Part shown: positions 27,932 through 40,125 of the stretch, in pieces
Layout of the letters: the number at the start of each line of letters is the position of its first letter
Position numbering within the stretch: position 1 is the stretch's first letter
Source of the DNA: Eledone cirrhosa
Lineage: Eukaryota
Reading direction: 5' to 3'
Assembly (NCBI GenBank): GCA_964016885.1
Contig: OZ024757.1
Span: forward strand, 15,376,001-15,440,000
DNA: 64,000 nt
Position numbers and translations under genes: made by a program
Notes under the pieces: model-generated
Seen by the model: the letters and a program-made list of their open reading frames with translations, nothing else
Databases searched by the model: none
What the model was told of the DNA's origin: nothing

Positions 27932-28171
27932 CCCTTTTGACACCAAACTGCCTGAAACCACCCTTGGTTCTATGATTCAGAACTATTTGTTTTGAAGTGT
28001 TTATATTTATTTAAAACCTTCCACCATAATTTTATGCAAGAAACTTTAAGTTTTGCTAAAATCACCAGCTTAAGTTAGTTATATTATTAAATCTCTCAAA
28101 ATTCTTGATTATTTTCAAATATATTTGAAAATCATAGGCAGTCTTTCATTAGAAATTTGGTAACAAAAGGG
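27932..28171. mobile_element. piggyBac-type MITE; related copies or fragments at 260-505, 1240-1520, 16720-17020, 19060-19280, 25537-27000, 29029-29240
   Basis: TTAA|CCCTTTTGACACCAAA ... TTTGGTAACAAAAGGG|TTAA: terminal inverted repeats (TIRs) with a TTAA target-site duplication (TSD). Confidence 0.8.
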
Positions 28172-30733
28172 TTAAAGTGTTTATATTTATCTAAAAACCT
28201 TTCATTATAATTTTATGTAAAAATCATTGTTAAGTTTGACTACAAACACGAAACAGAAAGTTAGTTATTTTAGTAAATCCCTCATTATTTTTAATTATTT
28301 TCAAATTTATTTGAAAACTACAATTAATGTTTTTCATGAGATATATGGCCAGGAGAGAGTTAAATGAAACTAAATAAACAATACCAAACAGAATATATAA
28401 TTGAAATAAAATATTGATCTATATTCTATAACATCATACCAAGAACTGTAATAAAAGTTTTTTATTTTTAAATATTAAAAAAAAATTCAACGCTTTCATG
28501 TCTGTATTTCTAAGGAAATACACTTTACTTGAATTAGTTAATGAAACATTTTGAGAGATTTACTAATATTATTAAATATTTTATTACTAAGATAGTAACA
28601 TAACATATGGCTCTTATATAAAATTAAGTTGGAAGATTTTAATTAAAATAAGAACCCTTTGAAATGGGTGGACTTGATTCATGCACCAGAGCTAGTTTTG
28701 ACTGAGTTGGTATCAAAAGAAGTCGCAGGGCACACTTAACATTCAATATTTTATTTTCTGAGGAAATATTCCTCAGTTCTGATTTGCACTAAATGTTGTG
28801 TTGTGGCCTTTATGCCTTATTATTTCTTGACGAGCAATGATATTTGATACCGACAGCAAATGTGGTGAAAGTACATTTTGTAATGCACATCATCATCACC
28901 ATTTAACAACCCTTTTCCACGGTAGCATGGGTTATACATGTTGCCCTGTTGTGAGATAAGTCAGATCAGATGACTGTGTTGCTCACAAATAACAAAAATT
29001 CACCAAAATTTAATTTAACCCTTTTTGATACCAATTCAGTCAAAACTGACTCTGGTTCTATGAAACAAAATCACCAGTTTTAAAGGGTTCCTGTCTAAAT
29101 TAAAATATTCCAACATAATTTAATATAAGAGCCTTTGGTATATTACATCTTAATAATTGAATAATTAATAGTTTTTGTAAATCACATTAAATTTTTCCTT
29201 AATTCAAATACACAGTATTTCATTAGAAATATGGCAATGAAAGAATTGGTAACATTCAAAAGAGAAATAGCAGTGATCTGAAAAGTAATATATAGATTGT
29301 TAGGTGAAATAGAACAACCTGAAGTAACTAGTGTTCAGCTGTGTTGGTAAATAACAAATAGCAAAAGTTCATATGAAGTAAACATTATATAAGGTTAATA
29401 TTACTGAATCCAGAAGAGATGCTAACTTAAAATATATAACAATATTGAAATATATATTAAATTGTGTGCTAAGCAGCTGAAGTATATGATAAAGTTATAT
29501 CTGTATATATAACATATTTCCTTGTAGTTGTTTAAATGATATAATACCTTCTGAGGTATTATATCAAACTCAGGTTTGAAAATGGATTAAAAGGTATTTA
29601 CTATTTCTACAGGGAAATACATATACCTGGTATGTTTATATACTAAAATGTTTAAATTTATATAAACATTTATGCAGTCTTAATTACCTTTATTCTGAAT
29701 ATATATATAGATATAACTATAACGATATTAAATACATACAAACAAAATTAAATAATTGTTAAAGGGTTTCTTCATCAGTAGTGAAAGAAAATAAATAGAG
29801 TTAACTCTAGATGATTTACAAGAAAAATATTTATAGTATCTTTACTATAGGGCAGTTTGGTTTGAAAACTTGCAGTATTAGAGTAAAGACTTTAATATTT
29901 AATGTGATGCAGTCATAGTGTTGTTTTGTACTTTTAGAGAAAGTCTTGTTAATGTGATTTTTATGTGGCTTATTAATTTAAATGTTTATAGTATCTTTCC
30001 TAGTGGACAAATCATTGTAAAAATTTACAGTATCAGAGTAAAAACTTTAACTTGTAATGTGATGCAGCCATAGTGCTGCTCTGGTAGGGTTGCATAATGT
30101 GGCTTCATATGGTACAGTACATAGAGTTAAGATGGCAGTTCTCATCGATATAAAAAAAAAATTGACGTATGCAATAAAGTTTACTTAATGAGCAACCTTG
30201 ACTTCAATCCTGCTAATATATATATATATATATCATCATCATCATTTAATGTCCATTTTCCACGCAATCATGCTGTCCCTTTGTAAGAGATCAGGTCGAA
30301 GGACTGTGTTTTGCTCTCTCAGATCTGATTTTAGCTTGGTTTCTACAGCTGGATGCCCTTCATATATAATTGTTATAACAAGGGTTTGGTTTAGATTTGT
30401 TTATGTTCTAGTTAAGTCAACTAAGTTTTAGTTATATATACATATATACATATATATATATATACGTTAATATTTGCGTATATATATCTTTTTTTAATAT
30501 ATGTACATATATCATCATCATTGATTAACATCTGTCTTCCACACTAGGATGGGTTAGACAGGTTTGTTTCATTTAGAGGCAAGTTGGGTCGGGTGACCAT
30601 GTCTCGCTCATACATGTATATCTATCTATATATATATATATATTATAGTAATAATAATAAATTTGAAGACTAAAATCCAAAGAGGGCTCGATAAGGATAA
30701 ATATATATCAAATATATAAGAACTGTAGAGCAA

Positions 30734-31064
<331 letters not shown>

Positions 31065-31193
31065 GAATATATATATATATATATTATTGCTATAGCATTG
31101 GTTTGGTGTAAATTTGTATATGTTGTAGTTAAGGCAATTGACAGTATTAGTTCTAAATACATAAATGTAATAAATGAGAAGATATTCACTTAC

Positions 31194-31294
31194 CTCTTGC
31201 CGCACCCCATCTTGCTCTTCCTCCGCAGCAGTTAGCTCTTGAGCGTTGGCCAAGTTATCAACAGCAATGGCCAAGAATACGTTTAGCAGTGTGT
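31194..31294 (-). CDS. Cav2: Cav2 alpha-1 exon, IIS6 and start of II-III loop ([34 protein letters not shown])
   Basis: ctcag / gtaagt; 101 nt, phase 1/0; NLANAQELT is Cav2-specific (Cav1 has NLADAESLT). Confidence 0.98.
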
Positions 31295-31444
31295 CTGAGA
31301 AAGAAGTTAAGGATGTTTGTATTCTTCTCTGCTTCCATTTTAATCTAATCAGATATTTGGGTGCCAGAAGACAGAAGATTTCAAATAATTTTTTTTTCTC
31401 AATAAAAAAAAATGTATGTTATATGTGTACCTCTCTCTTTTTCA

Positions 31445-31475
<31 letters not shown>

Positions 31476-31669
31476 ACGAAGAAAATGTGGTAAGGAACCA
31501 GGTGGACCATAACGCACCAAAGTACTCAATACTTGGGGTAGTAGAGTGGGTAATAGGAACCGGTAAGACCCCGACGGCTGAGCTCAAGCCGTTTCGACGG
31601 CTAATTCTGGACTAGTCCAGAATTAGCCATCGAAACGGCTTGAGCACAGCCGTCGTGGTCTTACCGGTT

Positions 31670-31717
<48 letters not shown>

Positions 31718-32206
31718 TAAAACTGAATACTAACCAATACTTATTACTAATTTTTACTTATTCCTAATTAAACTATTTTTCACTGGGAACTATTTGTCAC
31801 CATTTTCTTTTCCTTTTACCAATATATATATAAATGCAATGAAATATCTATGATCGTTGGCAAATCACTGATGAGGGACTCATTTTATTACATGTTATCC
31901 ATGCGCTACCTGCAGTATTTTTCTCCATATTTTATTATATATATATATATATATATATATACCATACTGGAAACTGGACCCACTTAGGTCTCAAATTCTC
32001 AAAATGGTGAACCATTAGTAACTCAACGTTACACACCAATAAACTCTATATGTGATGATTTCATATGACTGAAACAGTTCTAGTTCTGTACCAAATATTC
32101 TACCAATGTATAGAGTAGCCTTTTTATCTGTGGTCATTTCCTGAGCCCCAGCTGGAATTTATCCATAATTATATAAATATATATATATATGTATGTATGT
32201 ATGTGT

Positions 32207-32274
<68 letters not shown>

Positions 32275-32438
32275 AATTAGCTGTTGAAATGGCAAGAGCT
32301 CAGCTGTCAAGCCCAGACTCACTCTAATATAGTTACATTCTACTATTCCAAGTATCGAGTACTCTGCTGAATAATGGCTTTACTAGTTAAAAACTGGCAA
32401 AATCCTGATTTATCTATCTATCTATCTCTATCTCTCTA

Positions 32439-32470
<32 letters not shown>

Positions 32471-32614
32471 CACATATATATATATTGGATACTGAAACAT
32501 GCCAACATTTCTATACATTTGGGGTCCACTGATGAGTTTGGTTAGGGCCCATAAAGAGGTAAATCCTACACATGGAGGGGTTGATTTAAGATGCAAAGTG
32601 TGTTAGAAGGATAC
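31295..32614 (-). other. U12-type (minor spliceosome) GT-AG intron within IIS6
   Basis: 5' splice site GTATCCTT at 32614-32607; branch site TCCTTAAC at 31313-31306, 11 nt upstream of the 3' splice junction. Confidence 0.95.
31474..31674. mobile_element. Second copy of the palindromic (TA)n-inserted element, inside the U12 intron (palindrome 31553-31674)
   Basis: Near-identical to 4622-4840; 61-bp arms with 3 mismatches; centre lacks 18 bp. Confidence 0.75.
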
Positions 32615-32735
32615 AGTTTCCAAAGAGCACCAATATAATGAAATATGAACAATATAACATGCCACCACCACTTATTCCACCTCTGGCCCGAATTCCACTG
32701 TACATGACTTCATTCCAGTCTTCACCAGTTAAAAT
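32615..32735 (-). CDS. Cav2: Cav2 alpha-1 exon, domain II selectivity filter and start of IIS6 ([40 protein letters not shown])
   Basis: ttttag acceptor and GTATCCTT (U12) donor; 121 nt, phase 0/1; TGEDW carries the EEEE-ring glutamate. Confidence 0.98.
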
Positions 32736-33147
32736 CTAAAATACATAAAAATGTAATCATACAATCCAAGATTAGTGTGTCACAACATAAGGGCTACAAT
32801 GGCACTCCGGTTAAAAATGTTTCTTAGAATTGTACATATAATATTTACTGTATTTCACAGCTTATAAGATACTTTGATGCATTAGGAAAAGGATGAATCC
32901 CCTCACCTCTACAGACACCACCACCACCAATAGCACCACTACTTCCTTTGCTCATGGCTTGCTGACTATGTGTTCTGACGATGTGTTCTGACTATGTGTT
33001 TGCAACATAGAAAGTTCCTCTCTTAGGCACAAGCCTAGGTAAAGTGTTTTTGTTCAAGTCGCACATGCATACAAATCATATCACATGCATACAAATCCCC
33101 CAAGCATCTCAATCTTTCATAAATATCAGTCTTCTGGTATTCATCTA

Positions 33148-33640
33148 GGTTTTGACCTAGAATGTTCCTTCCTTAGGCACAAACCTGGTTAAGGTGTTTT
33201 TATAGGAGACCAGCAGTCACCCATGTATACCTGTCTCCACACTCCAAGGGTTTTCACCTAGAATGTTCCTCCCTTAGGCACAAGCCTGGTTAAAGTGTTT
33301 TTATAAGAGACCAGCAGTCACTCATGTATACCTGTCTCTACACTCCAAGGGTTTTCACCTAGAATGTCCCTCCCTTAGGCACAAGCCTGGTTAAAGTGTT
33401 TTTATAAGAGACCAGCAGTCACCTATGTATACCTGTCTCCACACTCCAAGGGTTTTCACCTAGAATGTTCCTCCCTTAGGCACAAGCCTGGTTAAAGTGT
33501 TTTTATAAGAGACCAGCAGTCACCTATGTATACCTGTCTCCACACTCCAAGGGTTTTCACCTAGAATGTTCCTCCCTTAGGCACAAGCCTCGTTAAAGTG
33601 TTTTTATAAGAGACCAGCAGTCACCTATGTATACCTGTCT
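33148..33640. repeat. 101-bp tandem repeat, ~5 copies
   Basis: acctagaatg recurs at 33155, 33256, 33357, 33458 and 33559. Confidence 0.95.
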
Positions 33641-34243
33641 TCCCTTTATATGTTACTGTTCTTGTCATCCAAGGGAAAGAATATCTAATGTACACTGATT
33701 CATTCAACACATCAAAATTCAGAAGATAATAATCAGAAGTTTCTAATACCAAATAAGATTTACTCCACTGAAACCTAACCCTATTTCAGTGTGAAACCCC
33801 CACCAACTGTCACAAATTTAACACAAACCAGGATAGAGCACCATCATCATCATTATCATCATTTTAATGTCCGCTTGCCCTGCTAGCAAGAGTTGGACAG
33901 ACTTACATAGACCAAGTGAGTACTAAAGCAGGGCTACTGACTTTCCAGAAAGACAAGGGATTTGCATCTTGCAATCTCACAAAATTTAAATCCAATATAT
34001 GTAATGTTTAGGTGTGTGTGTGTGTATGTGTGCGTGCGTGCGTGTGTGTATATCCCAGTTTTTAGAATAGATATATCAATTAAAATGGTTGGTGTGTCAG
34101 GAAAGGTATCTAGCTGCAATACATTGTTTCAAAACACCCCATTCAACTTATGCAGAATATAGAAAAGTGATAGAAAGATGGTGATGGTGGTGATGATGAT
34201 GATGATGATATGTGTGTATGTGTGCATGCATTTGTGTACTTAC

Positions 34244-34316
34244 TTGAAATACTGTTAATAATGCGATGGGGAACGTATCGAAATGACTGGCGGGCCTCCC
34301 TTCCTCAAAATTCATC
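34244..34316 (-). CDS. Cav2: Cav2 alpha-1 exon, domain II turret/P1 (MNFEEGRPASHFDTFPIALLTVFQ)
   Basis: tatcag / gtaagt; 73 nt, phase 2/0; FDTFP.A..TVFQ motif. Confidence 0.97.
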
Positions 34317-34698
34317 CTGATATAGAGATAGAGAAAAATATATTGTTAAACATTTGTGATATTTAAAATAGTTTTAAAAGGTGATTGGTATGGTATAACA
34401 GCGTTTTGAGAGTTTCTTTTAAATCTGGCAGAGACCTCTCCAGGTTTTCAAAATATGGCGAAAAGAATGAAGTGCTTATCTTTAGTAGACAGGGGAGATA
34501 ATTCTGGATGTGTTTCAGTCTTATTAGACCTCTTTAGGTAATAGGTAATGTGGTTTAAAACATACCAGGTTAATCTTTAGTAGGCATGGGTGTGACAACT
34601 GTGAACATTTCTTATCAATCAATGACAAAAATTAAGTCATAAACAACTGTGTTTTAGGAAGTAGGGAGGAAAATAAAAAGATGTGGGTTTGTACTTAC

Positions 34699-34830
34699 AT
34701 TCCACCGAATAATTGCATTCCTAGTAAGGCAAAGATGAGGATAAATAAGAAAAGAAGAAACAGCAGACTGACAATGGAACGCATACTGCTCAGTAATGAG
34801 ACGACTAAGTTGCGTAGTGATGACCAATAT
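34699..34830 (-). CDS. Cav2: Cav2 alpha-1 exon, IIS4-S5 linker and IIS5 ([43 protein letters not shown])
   Basis: ttgacag / gtaagt; 132 nt, phase 2/2; near-canonical Cav2 sequence. Confidence 0.98.
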
Positions 34831-35164
34831 CTGTCAAGAAAATACAGGAAAATATATATATATATAATTTGTAAAGCAATGGAATAATTGAAGCAGTGAA
34901 ATGGGCAGACACTAGTCTATGTTATGTGTTAGTAAACAGTTAATATTTGTAGATGCAATAGTGGTAATATGTGTACACTTGAGCAAGACACTTTATTTCA
35001 AGTTGTCCTTTCTGCCAGGATTTGCGACTGGTATATAGTATCAGCAATGGAAAGACCTACAGAAACATTATTTCTTTGGTCTGATTTGACGAAGTCCACC
35101 CCCACTCAGCAAGTGAATTAGGTCTGGGATCTTGTCGATCGATCAGAGCGTAGAGCGAGTGTAG

Positions 35165-37625
35165 GTGGTTTGTTAGTAAATAGTTAATATTGGTAGATGA
35201 AATGCTGTGATATGTGTACACTAGTGTATGAGGTGTGTTAGTAAACAGTTAATATTGATAGGTGAGATAGTGGAATATGTGGTCACTAGTGACATAGTGT
35301 GTTAGTAAATGGTTAATATTGGTAGGTGAGACACTGTAATATGTGTACACTAGTGTATGAAGTGTGTTAGTAAACAGTTAATATTGGAAGGTGAGATAGT
35401 GGAATATGTGGTCACTAGTGACATAGTGTGTTAGTAAATGGTTAATATTGGTAGGTGAGACACTGTAATATGTGTACACTAGTGTATGAGGTGTGTTAGT
35501 AAACAGTTAATATTGGTAGGTGAGACACTGTAATATGTGTACACTAGTGTATGAGGTGTGTTAGTAAACAGTTAATATTGGTAGGTGAGATAGTGGAATA
35601 TGTGGTCACTAGTGAGATAGTGGAATATGTGGTCACTAGTGACATAGTGTGTTAGTAAATGGTTAATATTGGTAGGTGAGACACTGTAATGTGTGTACAC
35701 TAGTGTATGAGGTGTGTTAGTAAACAGTTAATATTGGAAGGTGAGATAGTGGAATATGTGGTCACTAGTGACATAGTGTGTTAGTAAATAGTTAATATTG
35801 GTAGGTGAGACACTGTAATATGTGTACACTAGTGTATGAGGTGTGTTAGTAAACAGTTAATATTGGTAGGTGAGACACTGTAATATGTGTACACTAGTGT
35901 ATGAGGTGTGTTAGTAAACAGTTAATATTGGTAGGTGAGACACTGTAATATGTGTACACTAGTGTATGAGGTGTGTTAGTAAACAGTTAATATTGGTAGG
36001 TGAGACACTGTAATATGTGTACACTAGTGTATAAGGTGTGTTAGTAAACAGTTAATATTGGTAGGTGAGACACTGTAATATGTGTACACTAGTGTATGAG
36101 GTGTGTTAGTAAACAGTTAATATTGGTAGGTGAGACACTGTAATATATGGTCACTAGTGTATGAGGTGTGTTAGTAAACAGTTAATATTGGTAGGTGAGA
36201 CACTGTAATATGTGTACACTAGTGTATGAGGTGTGTTAGTAAACAGTTAATATTGGTAGGTGAGACACTGTAATATGTGTACACTAGTGTATGAGATGTG
36301 TTAGTAAACAGTTAATATTGGTAGGTGAGATAGTGGAATATGTGTACACTAGTCTATGAGGTGTGTTAGTAAACAGTTAATAATGGTAGGTGAGACACTG
36401 TAATGTGTGTACACTAGTGTATGAAGTGTGTTAGTAAACAGTTAATATTGGTAGGTTAGATAGTGGAATATGTGGTCACTAGTGACATAGTGTGTTAGTA
36501 AATGGTTAATATTGGTAGGTGAGACACTGTAATATGTGTACACTAGTGTATGAAGTGTGTTAGTAAACAGTTAATATTGGTAGGTGAGACACTGTAATAT
36601 GTGTACACTAGTGTATGAGATGTGTTAGTAAACAGTTAATATTGGTAGGTGAGATAGTGGAATATATGGTCACTAGTGACATAGTGTGTTAGTAAATGGT
36701 TAATATTGGTAGGTGAGACACTGTAATAAGTGTACACTAGTGTATGAAGTATGTTAGTAAACAGTTAATATTGGTAGGTGAGACACTGTAATATGTGTAC
36801 ACTAGTGTATGAAGTGTGTTAGTAAACAGTTAATATACAGTTAATATTGGTAGGTGAAACACTGTAATATGTGTACACTAGTGTATGAAGTGTGTTAGTA
36901 AACAGTTAATATACAGTTAATATTGGTAGGTGAGACACTGTAATATGTGTACACTAGTGTATGAGGTGTGTTAGTAAACAGTTAATATTGGTAGGTGAGA
37001 CACTGTAATATGTGTACACTAGTGTATGAAGTGTGTTAGTAAACAGTTAATATACAGTTAATATTGGTAGGTGAGATAGTGGAATATGTGATCACTAGTG
37101 TATTAGTAAATAGTTAATATTGGTAGGTGAGACACTGTAATATGTGTACACTAGTGTATGAGGTGTGTTAGTAAACAGTTAATATTGGTAGGTGAGACAC
37201 TGTAATATGTGTACACTAGTGTATGAGGTGTGTTAGTAAACAGTTAATATTGGTAGGTGAGATAGTGGAATATGTGGTCACTAGTGACATAGTGTGTTAG
37301 TAAATAGTTAATATTGGTAGGTGAGACACTGTAATATGTGTACACTAGTGTATGAAGTGTGTTAGTAAACGGTTAATATTGGTAGGTGAGACACTGTAAT
37401 ATGTGTACACTAGTGTATGAAGTGTGTTAGTAAACAGTTAATATACAGTTAATATTGGTAGGTGAGACACTGTAATATGTGTACACTAGTGTATGAGGTG
37501 TGTTAGTAAACAGTTAATATTGGTAGGTGAGATAGTGGAATATGTGGTCACTAGCGACATAGTGTGTTAGTAAATGGTTAATATTGGTAGGTGAGACACT
37601 GTAATATGTGTACACTAGTCTATGT
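35165..37625. repeat. 64/65-bp tandem minisatellite, ~38 copies, two interspersed unit types
   Basis: Unit gtgtgttagtaaacagttaatattggtaggtgagacactgtaatatgtgtacactagtgtatgag; variant ...gatagtggaatatgtggtcactagtgacata. Confidence 0.97.
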
Positions 37626-38001
37626 TATAGCATCGAGCAGTGAGTACTCGCCAACGGTCATGATCAGCGGCAACTTTTTCGAGGTTGTGCCAGGTGATGT
37701 TGGCTGCCATCAGGTCCTTCCGGAATATTCGTCACCAGGTGATCCTTGGGCAACGGCGCCTCCGTTTACCGCCAGGTGGAGTCCAGCTCATCGCTGTTTT
37801 CGAATGTCGTTCATTTGGGAGAAGCAGAATATGGCGGCCAGCCAGACGGCACCGATGGTCCGTGACCACTCTCTGTAGTGTCCATGACTCGGCTCTCCGC
37901 AGGATATCCTCATTTCACACTCGGTTGCAGGTTGCAGGCACCGCTGGTGGAAAGTGTTCAGCCGTCTCTATTTTTGCTGTACTCTTCCAGGTCTCGCTAG
38001 G

Positions 38002-38067
<66 letters not shown>

Positions 38068-38576
38068 CCTTCTCGAGCCCTCTTCAGATTTTAGTCTTCA
38101 CATTTATTATTACTATAATTACTATTGATATATATATATATATATCATTTCATTTTACGTCCTCTTTTCCCTGCTTGCAAGGGTGGGACGGGAACTGATT
38201 CTGGCTTCATTTCTACAGCTGGATGCCCTTCCTAACACCAACCTCATTTACAGTGAGTGCTGGGGGCTTTTTTGTCATGGCACCTACACGACCACTTTGC
38301 AGTGGAATGATAGGGACCCCAGTCCCTATCATCTCGTTTCTATAGCTGAGTAAACTGGAGCAATGTGAAATAAAGTGTCTTGCTCAAGGAAACAACACAT
38401 CATCCGGTCTGAGAATTGAACTCACAACCTTTCGATTACAAGGCCAATGCTCTAACCACTAAGTCATGTGCCTCCATATATATACACACATATACATATA
38501 TATTTGTCTGTGTGTGGAGAGAGAGAGAGAGAGGGAGAACATAAAGTGTGGGAAGAATGAGTAGAGAAGTTCTCAC

Positions 38577-38689
38577 CTTGTAACTTTAAATGTTCGAAGC
38601 AGTCTAAGGGCACGGAGTGTACTGATGCCGAAGGATGAGCCATCTTTAAATGCTGACCATACCACTTCAAATATACTACAGAGAATAAC
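38577..38689 (-). CDS. Cav2: Cav2 alpha-1 exon, IIS3-S4 voltage sensor ([38 protein letters not shown])
   Basis: ttgctag / gtgaga; 113 nt, phase 0/2; S4 RxxRxxRxxK periodicity. Confidence 0.97.
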
Positions 38690-38996
38690 CTAGCAATAGA
38701 TATAAATAATAGAAATTAGGGATCAAAAATATTAACCAGGAATTAATAATTTACATAAGACATCAATAACAAATTAGGATTCTATAACATAAGAAATCAA
38801 TAATATAATGCAGAAATCAATATTATAAACTAGAAATCAATAATATTAGTCAGGAATCAATAACATAACCCAGGAATCAATAATATAATTCAAGAATGAA
38901 TAATATAATCCAGAAATCAATAATTCAATAATATAAACAAGAAATCATGTACAATCGTAGATGATGGCCACACACACACACACATATATATATTAT

Positions 38997-39304
38997 TATT
39001 GGCAGTATCGGTAGAGGGTTGGACGCCATGTTTTCTAGCATAGTTACGTCCCTTTACAGTCTGAGTTCAAATCCCGCCGAGGTTAACTTTGCCTTTCATC
39101 CTTACGGGGTCGATAAAATAAAGTACCAGTAATGTACTGGGTATTTGCTGGCCTTGTGCCAAAAGTAGAAACAATTATTATCGAGTTTGAGTTCAAATCC
39201 CGCCGAGGTTAACTTTGCCTTTCATCCTTACGGGGTCGATAAAATAAAGTACCAGTAATGTACTGGGTATTTGCTGGCCTTGTGCCTAAAGTAGAAACAA
39301 TTAT
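38997..39304 (+). mobile_element. tRNA-derived SINE with tandemly duplicated 3' half; antisense copies at ~4240-4380, 7655-7855, 16370-16585, 17515-17750, 18340-18480, 23405-23600, 24590-24810, 24825-25008
   Basis: A-box-like tggcagtatcgg, B-box gagttcaaatcc and shared core aactttgcctttcatccttacggggtcgataaaataaagtaccag. Confidence 0.85.
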
Positions 39305-39785
39305 TAAGTAAAATGACAGGAGGCCAAATAGGTTAAATTCAACCTATTTGGCCTCCGGTCATTTTACTTAATAATATATTTGACTCCGTTCCTGCACCAC
39401 CAACATGATTCAACATCAAAGATGGATGAGTTGCATAACGTTGAGTGCTTTTCTGATATTACGTCATGGTTAACATTGCAGAATGACCAATTTTACCCAG
39501 TGGTAAACCACCAAATTTAATATATATCATCATCATCATCATCATCACCGTTTTACGTCCGTTCTTCCACGCTAGCATGGGTTAGACGGGTTGTCCTGTT
39601 GTGGGCAGTGTCTGGTCGGCTGACCATTCCTTGCTCATACAGGAACTGATTCTGGCTTGATTTCTACAGCTGGATGCCCTTCCTAACACCAACCTCATTT
39701 ACAGTGTGGGCTGGGTGCTTTTTTGCCGTGGCACCTCCACGACCACCTTGCGGTGGGGGGTGTGGGGCCATATTGTCTATATGCT

Positions 39786-40125
39786 TCAGCTTGTACCCAT
39801 GGGAGGTCGGGTACTCTGCATTACTGCGTGACGCCAGAGGTCACGGGTGTGTGTCATCGCCTTTGAGAGGTGTAATTGGGTAAGGTCGGCTTTTATCACC
39901 TCATCCCAGGTCAACTTGGGTCTCCCCACTCCGCGGTTTCCATCAACTTCTAGTGCTCTGCACCTTTTTATGCAGCAGTCATCCTTCATACGCATCACAT
40001 GTCCATACCAGCGCAACCGCCTCTCCTGCACACAGCATTTGATTCCTTTTATGCTCAGTCTCTCTCTCAATTCATTTATGCTTTGTCGTTCACGTATATT
40101 ACTGTTACACATCCATCGGAGCATG
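39786..40125 (-). mobile_element. RTE-clade LINE, 3' ORF fragment; further remnants at ~3170-3375, 37640-37960, 40220-40395
   Basis: NELRERL..RRLRWYGHVMRM..RGVGRPKLTWDEVIKADL is the typical RTE C-terminal motif. Confidence 0.85.

Noticed and set aside
29763-29782. CTGATGAAGAAAC (minus) and CTGATGAG at 31868 and 32529 as hammerheads
   Set aside because: No supporting stems; likely chance matches.
33228-33240. 13-bp inverted match between the 101-bp repeat and the 76-bp satellite
   Set aside because: Too short to infer common origin or pairing.
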